Shown piece after piece: positions 51,618-64,000 of a DNA stretch of 64,000 bases (position 1 is its first letter; each line of letters begins with the position of its first letter). This DNA comes from Octopus vulgaris (lineage: Eukaryota). The stretch spans positions 7,502,001 to 7,566,000 of the forward strand of contig OX597820.1 of assembly GCA_951406725.2 (NCBI GenBank), given 5' to 3'. The notes beneath the pieces are model-generated. The model was not told the origin of the DNA, made no database searches, and saw nothing but the letters and a program-made list of their open reading frames with translations. Made by a program: the position numbers and the translations under genes.

Positions 51618-52217
51618 GGCGCAGGAGTGGTTGTGTGGTAAGTAGCTTGCTAACCAACCACATGGTTCCGGGTTCAGTCCCACTGCGTGGCATCTTGGGC
51701 AAGTGTCTTCTGCTATAGCCCCGGGCCGACCAATGCCTTGTGAGTGGATTTGGTAGACGGAAACTGAAAGAAGCCTTTCGTATATATGTATATATATATA
51801 TATATATATAATTAATCAATATAGGGTGGCAAGGAAAATTTTGTAGAATTTTTTTGCCACCAGCGGCCCAGTGGGAAAAAATTAAATAGTCATAGACCAT
51901 TTTTAAGTTCAACATTAACAATTAAGGAACGGCCATAATAGGCCATTCACCCGATAAATTTGGCGCGAGTCCGACGATTTGAAAATTTTAGGTCAGATAT
52001 TGCCTTGGCAGGATTGGGTATGCCTCGTGTAAATATCTGTTCCGACTTGAGCTATTTCTTGCTGAAGAATCTGAGGGCTTATGGAAGATTGGCTTGATTT
52101 AATTTAATCAGGTTAGTTTACCATTAAACAGCAGATGAAACGGTATACCGTACAAGAAATTACAGGGTAAATGTTTTTTTAATTTTCTCCTGTTTACGGA
52201 ATTGATCTTTATTTGCG

Positions 52218-52255
<38 letters not shown>

Positions 52256-52478
52256 ATATGTTTGTGTGTCTGTGTTTGTCCCCCTAGCATTGCTTGACAA
52301 CCGATGCTGGTATGTTTATGTCCTCGTCACTTAGCGGTTCGGCCAAAGAGACCGATAGAATAAGTACTGGGCTTACAAAAAGAATAAGTCCCGGGGTCGA
52401 TTTGCTCGACTAAAGGCGGTGCTCCAGCATGGCCGCAGTCAAATGACTGAAACAAGTAAAAGAGTAAAGAGTAAAGAG
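51618..52478 (+). mobile_element. Family B SINE split by a 408-bp insert (51811-52218) in its internal (TA)n
   Basis: 5' half 51618-51810 and 3' half 52219-52478 are collinear with 46482-46905. Confidence 0.88.
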
Positions 52479-52778
52479 TATGTATATATATATATATATA
52501 AAGTATATATATATAAATATATTTGTTGTGCAGTTATTTCAGTGCAATATCACGTTATATACCTTATTTTCCAGCACAGTATATCTTTATATATATGGGT
52601 AGTGGGGGACTTATGCGAGAGCGTATTTGATTGTATAAGTGCCATTGTATGAGAGCGTGCGTGTGTGTATCTCGTTTATGTCAACAAAGTCCTTACATAA
52701 TATCTCTACTGTTTGAACTGGATTGAAATGGACACACTTTATGTTTCGAAAATTTATAAACATAATTATATGAACACC

Positions 52779-52779
<1 letters not shown>

Positions 52780-52820
<41 letters not shown>

Positions 52821-52889
52821 GTGTGTGTGTGTGTGTGTGTATACATAAAAATATGTATATAAGACGCATATATATATATGTGTATATGT

Positions 52890-52932
<43 letters not shown>

Positions 52933-53023
52933 TATGTATATGTATATGAGTATATATGTGTAATATATATAAATATGTATATATACATAATGAATTTATA
53001 TACAGCCATATATATATATATAC

Positions 53024-53055
<32 letters not shown>

Positions 53056-53483
53056 CTATATATATATATATATATATATACATATATATGTAAGTATGTA
53101 TGTATGTATGTATGTATGTATGTATGTATGTATGTATGTATGTATGTATGTAGGAATGTATTTATGTATATAGAGAAAAAGAGAGTGCTTGTGTGAGTGT
53201 GTGTATGTGTGCGCCAGAGTATTTGTGCGTGTATGTATATTGTTCATATAAGTATGATAGTTAACGTAGCGAATGTTTGAGGCTGGGAGAGATGAAGTCT
53301 GTTTCGCAGATGTCTTCTTGCGGATTTATATACCTGGATATGTGTATCGTATGCAGATGTGTGATTGAGTGCATATATATATATATATACATAGAGATAC
53401 GCCTACATACATATTAACATATATATATAGATATATAGATAGATATATGCGTGTGTGTTTGTGCGTATACATGCACTTATATA

Positions 53484-53516
<33 letters not shown>

Positions 53517-53866
53517 AAATTATATTCCATCGCACGTAATGCATCTGCGGAAATTTATATGTAAAATATTTATATGTGTGTGTGCTTCAGTGTTTATGGG
53601 GGGGTATCTGTATACATACCTGTATGCATATATGTATATGTATGTATATATATATATATATATATATGTAGATATATATATATATATATATATATGTAGA
53701 TATATATACGCATATATATACGTATATATGTATATATATGTATATGTTTATATATATATATACACACACATATTTATATATATATATATATACATATATA
53801 TACATGTATACGTATATATATGCATTGATGTATACACATAATATATATATCTCTTTATACACATTT

Positions 53867-53898
<32 letters not shown>

Positions 53899-53911
53899 GA
53901 TAGATAGATAT

Positions 53912-53942
<31 letters not shown>

Positions 53943-54917
53943 TATGTTGGTGCATATACGCACACATAGATACATATAGATGCACACACACACATATATA
54001 TATATACATACGCACAGTGAGAAATACATATAGATACATATACATATATACATATATATACGTATTTCTGAATGGTTACCTATATATATATACATTCATA
54101 CATTACATGCCTGTGTGTTTATATATATGTGTGTATGTGTGTCTGTGTATGTTTCTATATGTATCTATGTGCGTAGATATACTCATAGATAGGTACACAT
54201 CTATACGTGTATTTATCTCTACATTATGCGTCTGTGTTTGTGTGTATATGTATATAAATATATGTATATATCCATATATATAGGTATATATCTATGTATC
54301 TATGTATGTAAATGTACGCATGAAGAGAGAGAGAGAGAGTCTTTCTCACAGCCAGTACACATACATACAGTTAAGTTGAAATGTGTTCGTATGCGTATAT
54401 ACTTGCGCTTGTATACATGCATGTGTGGGTATGTGTATATGCATATATGTGAGTATATATACATTTCTAAATTGTATTGAACTTGTAAATTTAATTTCGC
54501 TAATGTTATAATCATCTTTGTGTTTTCAATATTTCTATTTGTTCCGCCATCTTAGAAACATTCTGATCGTTGCAAATATTTTTACATATCGTCCTTATCT
54601 CCGAACAATCAATAATGCTGCTCTAACTCTATCAGATCCTATTCATTTCTCTCTCGTTCCACAATAATAATGCTTTCATCCAATCTTCTCCAGACATTTC
54701 CATCATATGACCGTACCTTCATCGGTCACATGACATCTACTACGAACGGTTTCGTCATAAATTTACGCTTATGGCTTCTTTTACTCTTTATTTTCCGTCT
54801 TTTAATATTTTCCGTTTTCTTTTCTTTCCTTCGTCGTGTCGATACATCTGTGCAGGTTGTATATATGTATATATATATATATGTGTGTATGTATATATAT
54901 ATATATGTGTGTGTATG

Positions 54918-54994
<77 letters not shown>

Positions 54995-55057
54995 ATAGAT
55001 AGATATAGATATGTGTGTGTATGTTTGTGCGTGTGCATGTGTTTGCGTGTATGTGTG

Positions 55058-55088
<31 letters not shown>

Positions 55089-55300
55089 ATACATATATAT
55101 ATTCATATTTATTTATACATACGGACACACATAAATATATATGTGCCTATGTATGTATATTGCATATACATACGTAAATGTACACATAAATAATTACACA
55201 TACATATATACATATAATTATAAATATACGTACGTACATATGTATATATACATATATATATATACATATGTGCGCGAATATATTTATATATACACGCGTA
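52780..55300. repeat. Extended degenerate (TA)/(TG)/(TATG)/(GATA) low-complexity region with short unique islands
   Basis: Direct inspection. Confidence 0.8.
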
Positions 55301-55697
55301 TTTTTAATTATTATATTCTTTTATGCTTTCCTCTATGTGTATTGTGTGTACTTGTGTGAAATAGAATTAATTCTATGTCGTCATTGCTGTTCCTGGTGAA
55401 AACATGTGTACTGTTTAAAGTTGGACAAAATGGCGTCTCCACTTTGTGTAATACAGTCAAACTGAAACACATCTTCACTTTCTCTCTCACCCCTCACCCA
55501 TCTCTCTTCCTCGTTCTTTCACCCCTTTCCCCCCTCTCTCTCTCTCTCTCTCCTTTACTTGATTGTATTTTTTTCTTACACAGCGACATTCATGTACGGG
55601 TTGATGTTATTTGTGCCTCTGTTCCGCCTGTATTCATATGGTTTAAAGTTTGGCAGTGTGTGTGAATGTGTAATATTTAGTCACACCAGCTGAATGG

Positions 55698-55739
<42 letters not shown>

Positions 55740-56125
55740 GATAGACACTTATGAAGAAACAGCAAAAGCTGTATGTAAAACAAATGAAAACCAAAGTAAA
55801 ACTGGAGCAGGAACGGATCGTTATAAAACGATGGCAAGAAATGCCACAACATGGCAAATATTGGGTTAAACTAAACAGAAAGAAAATAGACGAAGCAAAA
55901 TCCCAACAATGGCTGAGAAGTATGAGCACTTTACTAGCAACTTGTTTGAAAAACATCGGTGCAAGCGTGAAGATAGAACACCTACAAAAAATCAGCATTG
56001 CTTGGAACAGCAAGAATTCTTCGCTAGGTTCTCGAAGTATGTCACTTTAGTCTGCTGACTGTGGACAACTGACACTTTCACTCACACCAAGCAAAATAAG
56101 CTGTGTCCTTTCATATAATAAAAGC

Positions 56126-56126
<1 letters not shown>
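55740..56126 (+). mobile_element. R4/Dong fragment, internally deleted, between (AAT)n arrays
   Basis: RWQEMPQHGKYWVKL....IDEAKSQQWLRS fused to a C-terminal IEHLQK segment and 3' UTR. Confidence 0.75.
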
Positions 56127-56180
<54 letters not shown>

Positions 56181-56181
56181 T

Positions 56182-56524
56182 AAGAAAAAATGTGGCATCT
56201 CAAGGCGACTACAGTACCAGTGATTGTAGGATCTCTAGGAATGATAAAAAAAAGATACTGGAACCTATTTGAAAATGATTCCGTCTTACTATCCCTACAG
56301 GAAGTGCAAAAAATCGTATTAATTCGAACGGCTCATGTACTGAGAAGAGCATTATCGCTGTGAAAACAACATCCATCTATGAATTTATTTATATATTAAT
56401 TTTTAAATACATATATTATCTATGAATTTGCGTGTGTAATCTGAGAATGCATACAATGAGCTTCTCTGCCCTAGGTGTATGGAAAACCCTCGGTAGAAAA
56501 TTTGAAGAAAGAAGAAAAAAACAC
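56182..56524 (+). mobile_element. R4/Dong 3' end (second family), between (AAT)n arrays
   Basis: KMWHLKATTVPVIVGSLGMIKK..LQEVQKIVLIRTAHVLRRALSL*, then 3' UTR. Confidence 0.82.
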
Positions 56525-56554
56525 AATAATAATAATAATAATTATAATAATAAC

Positions 56555-56631
<77 letters not shown>

Positions 56632-56658
56632 TAATATTAATAATAATAATAATAACTG

Positions 56659-57203
56659 CTCTGATGCAGTACCAGGCAGTGGCTCTCATGGCTGCTAGTC
56701 TTAACTGATTGGAGCGTTATCATGTACATTGTTTTGTCTTGCTATAAAAGATGGGCCACAGCAAAGATTCTGCTCATACCGCAGATTTGCTTGTCAGTTG
56801 TTTGACCTCAAGCAGTTGAGCATGTCCCTTAGTGGCTGACGATATGTGCATCTCTGATCACGAGCAGAAGTAGTGGGGAGCATCATAGCCATGCGCTGAG
56901 AGGAATTCTTTGGGGCTTGAATATTTCACCTCTGGAAACATGGGTGTTTGTTCAACATCCTTAAACAACCCTTATTCAGGGACCTTTTGAGTGGGATGGG
57001 TTACTCGACCAGAAGAAATTTCTAACTGAGCCCCACCTGCAAGGTCATGTGCTGTTTATCGTGATATGAGATCATTATGTCATGCACATATGGTTGTGAT
57101 GCATGTGCCTGGTGTACCCTTATCAGACGGGTAGTCATGATGGGTATACTAGGCTTCGTATATTTTATCCCAGTGTCACTTTGATGGCATGCACTGATCT
57201 CTC
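56659..57203 (+). mobile_element. Unclassified ~550-bp non-coding AAT-associated element, copy 2
   Basis: Collinear with 57461-58013; flanked by (AAT)n on both sides. Confidence 0.88.
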
Positions 57204-57459
<256 letters not shown>

Positions 57460-57460
57460 T

Positions 57461-58013
57461 CCCTGATGCAGTACCAGGCAGTGGCTCTCATGGCTTCTGA
57501 TCTTAACTGATTGGAAGTGTTATCATGTACATTGTTTTGTCTTTGTATAAAAGATGGGCTACAGCAAATATTCTGCTCAATACCACAGATTTGCTTGTCA
57601 GTTGTTTGACCTTAACCAGTTGAGCATGTCCCTTAGTGGCTGACGATATGTGCATCTCTAATCACGAGCAGAAGTAGTGGGGGAGCATCATAGCCATGTG
57701 TTGAGAGGGATTCTTTGGGGTTTGAATAGTTCACCTCTGGAAACATGGGTGGTTCTTTCAACATCCTTAAACAACCCTTATTCAGGGACCGTTTGAGCGG
57801 GATGGGCTACTCAACCTGAAGAAAATTCTAACTGGGCCCTACCTGCAAGGTCATGTGCTGTTTATCTTGATATGAGATCACCATATCGCGAACAAATGGT
57901 TGTGATGCATGTGCCTGGTGTACCTTTATCAGACGGGTAGTCATGATGGGTATACTAGGCTTCGTATATTTTATCCCGGTGTCACTTTGATGGCATGCAC
58001 TGCTCTCTCACTC
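57461..58013 (+). mobile_element. Unclassified ~550-bp non-coding AAT-associated element, copy 3
   Basis: Same start (CTGATGCAGTACCAGG) and end (GATGGCATGCACTG.TCTCTC) as copy 2. Confidence 0.88.
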
Positions 58014-58035
58014 AATAGTAATAATAATAATATTA

Positions 58036-58782
<747 letters not shown>

Positions 58783-58794
58783 GAAGAATAATAA

Positions 58795-58825
<31 letters not shown>

Positions 58826-58833
58826 AAGAAGAA

Positions 58834-59015
58834 TGAGCACTAACAAACAAGTTTAGGAAATACGACAGAGAAATCGGAATTGACATGAGAACGGAGCAAG
58901 CCCAAAATCCAAGTATCAAAGCTTATAATGTGCGGAAACAGACTCTGACAGCAGGTTGCGATCTGTTTCTCACAGAATTTACCAGAGCAAACAAGTCCGA
59001 GCGCTGAGAAGTAAA
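58834..59015 (+). mobile_element. Short R4/Dong-like 3' remnant (fourth family)
   Basis: ALTNKFRKYDREIGIDMRTEQAQ resembles the post-GALG C-terminus; followed by (AAC)/(AAT)/(TAC) repeats. Confidence 0.5.
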
Positions 59016-59290
<275 letters not shown>

Positions 59291-59636
59291 ATAAGCAACA
59301 CGATTAACAACAAAATCATCTGTTTTTACTTGCAACAATTTTGACAGCCAAATTAAGAAAATGACGGTGATTTGCGCAATGGAAAGGGAACTTATATACC
59401 ACTTTGGTATAGTCAATGATAAATTAGAAGGTATTGCTGTTAATCAGGAAACTCCACAGATTCTCAGCTTAGGCTTAATGTTCTCGACAAGATGTATTCC
59501 CCCGATAGCCGCTTCATGCTGAGAATCCACCCGTTTACTTCTGATAGAGACATACCCGCTATATTCAACCCCATTCCAGCAACTATACAAAATGCAACCA
59601 GTTCCCATTCCATCCTCATCTTTTCTCCCAACTGAC

Positions 59637-60039
59637 ACTCTCTTTTACTCTTTTACTCTTTTACTTGTTTCAGTCATTTGACTGCGGCCATGCTGGAGCA
59701 CCACCTTTAGTCGAGCAACTCGATCCCGGGACTTATTCTTTGTAAGCCCAGTACTTATTCTATCGGTCTCTTTTGGCCGAACCTCTAAATGACGGGGACA
59801 TAAACACACCAGCATCGGTTGCCAAGCAATGGTGGGGGGACAAACACAGACACACAAACACATATATATACATCTATACGACGGGCTTCTTTCAGTTTCC
59901 GTCTACCAAATCCACTCACAAGGCTCTGGTCGGCCATAGGCTATAGTAGAAGACACATCCCCAAGGTGCCACGCAGTGGGACTGAACACGGAACCATGAG
60001 GTTGGTAAACAGGCTACTTACCACACAGCCACTCCTGCG
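59637..60039 (-). mobile_element. Family B SINE, full length
   Basis: Collinear with other family B copies. Confidence 0.9.
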
Positions 60040-61408
60040 TTTATTTCACAGAAAGTGGTTGATCTTACGGCATTGTTTAAAATGTAACAAATCAACATTT
60101 CCAGGACTATGTGTGAAAGGAGGGATTCCAAGGATGAACCACTTGAAACCAAATTGCATATTTGCTTTCAGGTTATACCTTTTCTACACCTCCCCATCGA
60201 ACCATTTTCTATCACCCATAATAATGGTAACAGACTTATCTGTGATAACGCAACCTTTATAGTCCAAGTTGAAGAAATGGTTTTCAAATATTCTTCCTTA
60301 AAGCATCTTCTAATCCGAATAATGATTTTCTCTCTTTCTTCATCCCTATTTCTTTCAAGTTCACTCCAGCGTCTACCATCAAAGTGAGCCGTCGCCATTT
60401 GTTGATAGATGACCACTTCAACTTGTGCATATCTATTTTCTAAACCGGTTCTGTGAAGATTTCCTGCAGTAAACAACACGTTTAGCGTTTGAGGTTTGGT
60501 TTTCGTCAGTTAAGTCTACCTGGGTTGACCGTGTCGCCAACAAATCCAGTGTAAGCATCTAATCAACGGAAACAGGAGTTACCCTTAACTATTTCATTCC
60601 ATTCACCTGGCAAATATTCTTTCTCGGCACAGACATCGTTGAGCAGATATACGCTGACCCAACCTTTAGGTCCTCAACTGTCCGAAACCACCATTCTACT
60701 TTTAAATGATTTTGCAATTATGAAGAGTGTTGTTGTTTGTTGTTGTGGTTGTTGTGATTGTATTTGTTAGTGGTGGCGTTGTCGTTCCGTCGATATTTCT
60801 TGTCTAATATTTGTCATATACAACTCCATCAGAGCGACCGTTTCATTTGTTCGGTGGCAGCCCCATTTCTTCGCCCTCTTTAAGATCCACCATAAAGTTT
60901 TAACGTATTCTACTCTGTTGAAAGAATTTCGGCATTGTCTTCGGTGTGAGGCTCACAACCTCCTCTCCTCCAACCAGTCGCAGAAGCCCTGAATACAGCC
61001 ATACTTGCTGCTCTTCCACCTCTGTCTTATACACGATGGAGAAAAATGTTACGAAAAGAAGAAAAAAAATCTTGTTTAAATGTTCGACTTTAGTTGGAGA
61101 AATAAAGAGAAATAAGAAAACGTGATATTATCTCTTAAAGACTTTGTCAAAGACTTAGAATTTCGAATCAGTGCTTGTGCAGATGTTAAATGTAATTAAT
61201 CCCAGCAGGAAGTGGCTTGGCTTGTTGAGAGAATTTACTATACAAATATTAATAATTATCATGCATTCAACAGTCGCACACATAACACTATCTTAGCAAA
61301 GTTTATCATCTTCCGCTACAAACGTCTATTGAACACACTTATGTTGTTTTAATAACAAATAAATAAATAAATACACATTCCTGTGTGGGTGTATATATAC
61401 ACGTGTGC

Positions 61409-61486
<78 letters not shown>

Positions 61487-61605
61487 TGTGTATATATTGT
61501 ATATGTATATATAATACATACATATATATATATGTGTGTGTGTGTATATATATGTGTATATATACATATATATAATGTGTATATATATATACATACAAAA
61601 ATACA

Positions 61606-61684
<79 letters not shown>

Positions 61685-61819
61685 ACTCATATATGTATAT
61701 ATCATTCATATATTTACGAATATACATACATATAGATATCTAAATATACATATCATCACAGGCAAATTTTTTACATACTTATGTGTGTGTGTGTGTTTAT
61801 GAGAGTATATGTGTGTATA

Positions 61820-62190
61820 TAATCGACAACGCACACCTTTCGTGCCAAAGCTGCAGTGTCTTTGTGATCAGAGACCTCGAAAGCTTCGTTCATTGAGGCC
61901 ATATTCGCTTTTTCTTTCCTTTCAAGGAACAAAGACAATATAGTTATCGATAAAATCTCGTAGCACCTCCTTCCACGAACCACTGACATCACGCTACTCG
62001 AACCCTCGTCATGTTAACATCCCTGTTCTTGATTATTCCTGCTGGAGAATATATTTCTGCCACATAGCAAATACAGAGATTAATTATTCCTTCTAGTGTA
62101 TAAAGTTTATGATGCTCAGGTGAAGTCCCTGATGTTATCTGTCTCCTCCACCACCTGGAACGGCGCAACTGATACTCACACAGAGACATC
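61820..62190 (-). mobile_element. Possible decayed Tx1-like LINE C-terminal remnant
   Basis: Weak similarity only (LCICYVAEIY, LFLERK, ALARKVCVVD). Confidence 0.3.
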
Positions 62191-62347
62191 TTAAATGGTA
62201 TAAAATAATGAGGTAATTATGGTAAGAAACTACTCACAAACTCATACCTCATACCTGGCTTACATTGACATTGTCTTCTCTATTTTTGTTACTAATGCAA
62301 TGGCTTCATTCCTCCGAGTGTACACCTACACATTCTCGTATTTGTTA

Positions 62348-62920
62348 GGTCGCTCTTGAGTGCTACTGGTAACATGTATCCCAGTACAACTTGTCGCATG
62401 GTCGGATCACCGGCGACTAAGCTGGCAACCCCACCAGACTTGCTTGTTGGACACCATGCGTGACGAAAAATAAGACCCGTCAAAGGGCAGAAGAACTACT
62501 GTGTAGTCAACGGCCAATTCAACAAGTGCCTTGTCACTATGAAGTGCTTGTGTGCTCCATTGAGAAGGAGAGCTTTGCTGGAGGGAGAGAAATCTTCAGG
62601 CAGGTCTTACCAGGCCAGGCAGGTCAAAGGGCAGGAGACAGACAAAACATTAACGACAATAAATTGAAGCGTCGGCAGCAGGGAGTGGATTTGGTTATCG
62701 GCAGATAACCCTAACAGATCAGATTCCTGGTTTTGAACTAGCAGGATGTCATGCGGAGGTTCTTGACTACAAGACAATGGATAAGGCCCTAATATTCCTA
62801 GTTAGATGGGAACTGTGAGACCATATGGAGCAACGGCCTGTGACTCCTATACTCTGCGCAACCTAAACCCTTATGAATAGGGGCTTCCTATGGGATGACC
62901 TAGATGAGAGATGAGATGAT
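62348..62920 (+). mobile_element. Non-autonomous RTE-5'UTR-like element with (GATGA)n tail
   Basis: First ~165 bp collinear with 63350-63528; ends TAGATGAGAGATGAGATGAT; no ORF. Confidence 0.65.
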
Positions 62921-63349
62921 CTACTATTCGCTACAAATATTCTACCCACCCAACCCAAACACCATCTGAAATCCTAAGTTCAGTTCTTGGAAGCCCTCCT
63001 CCCCACCACTGCCACATGTTGCCTTGCTGTAATCGATTTACAAGAGCAACACTGACGGCATCAACGTTACCGATCTGGGAATGAGGTTGTTGTGTGTCTA
63101 ATGCCAGACTTCCTGATATTACCTGTGGTGCAACAGGTATACTTCCAATGATACCCGTCATATAGCCGGTAACACACCTGTGTATGTATGTATATATATA
63201 TGTGTGTATATGTATGTGTGTATGTATGTGTATATGTACATATGGATATGTGTATGTATGTGTGTACGTATGAATATATGTATGTGTTTATGCATGTATG
63301 TATATGTGTATGTTTGTATGTATGTATGTATGAATGTAAGTTTGTGTCA

Positions 63350-64000
63350 TATCACTTTCGAGTGCTACTGCTAACGTGTAACTCAGTACAACTTGTCGCA
63401 TGGTCGGGCCGTCGGCGACTAAACCGGCAACCCCACCAAGCTTGCTTGGTGAGGAGTGTATTTATTGGACACCCTGCGGGATGAAAAACAAAGCCCGTCA
63501 AAGGGTGGAGGAACTCTTGAGAGTCAACTAACCCTAATTTTTATATATTGTATATTTTTATAGCTTGCTCGTTATATTTATTTTTATATATATTTTTATA
63601 TACTTCACATCGTATATTTTATGTATGTTTTGTATATCAATATTTTCATATATCGTATTTTTTTCCTTATATCTATATTATCCAGCTTATGGCTGTATTA
63701 TGCGCGGGGACATAGAAATAATCGGACTGAATACCCGATCGTGCAGTTAATCCATTGGGAGTGAAGGACCCCTAGCCTTTATTAGGGCATCCTTCTAGGA
63801 GAAGGTAACTCAGGTAACTGGGATAACTCCGACATAAAACCTGCGGCTCAGTGGTTACCGATGATGTTGACTTGTTCTTCTTTTCGAATTATGGCTGCAG
63901 TTGCTTAGTGAGTGGGATTGACTCAGTGCACAGCTTTTCCTCACTTTAAAAAAATCTTCTTGCACAGGCATTGCACGATAACAACATTGATTGATTGATT
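63350..64000 (+). mobile_element. Non-autonomous RTE-5'UTR-like element with (ATTG)n tail, interrupted by an AT-rich segment at about 63530-63745
   Basis: Shared head with 62348; TCTAGGAGAAGGTAACTC motif recalled as typical of RTE 5' UTRs; ends ATTGATTGATTGATT. Confidence 0.65.

Noticed and set aside
54740-54790. Minus-strand stem followed by GAAAC
   Set aside because: No CUGAnGA box

Overview
Eukaryotic, AT-rich, extremely microsatellite-dense window with no host protein-coding gene that I can confidently support. Nearly all ORFs in the supplied track are translations of simple repeats. The repeat landscape is most consistent with an intronic or intergenic region of an octopus/coleoid cephalopod genome (inference, not verified). 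It contains three tRNA-headed SINE families, several with clear target-site duplications, and decayed non-LTR retrotransposons of the RTE, CR1, Tx1/L1 and R4/Dong clades. It also has a decayed Penelope-like element, Tc1/mariner transposons (DD34D mariner and DD41D-type) and Helitron termini. The most interesting signals are non-coding. (1) Short Penelope-type terminal-repeat remnants wedged into microsatellites carry hammerhead-ribozyme motifs (32416-32451, 50369-50405, with degenerate candidates at 13947-14040 and 15160-15200). (2) Two non-autonomous RTE-like elements share a 5' head that maps onto a degenerate HDV-like ribozyme fold (62348, 63350). (3) A 3.6-kb (AAT)n 'landing pad' at 55.7-59.3 kb stacks four different R4/Dong 3' ends and two copies of an unclassified ~550-bp non-coding element, all co-oriented. 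A third copy of that element sits behind a Dong tail at 16.4-16.9 kb. Family names for SINEs (A, B, C) are my own labels. All structure calls are by eye and need computational confirmation.
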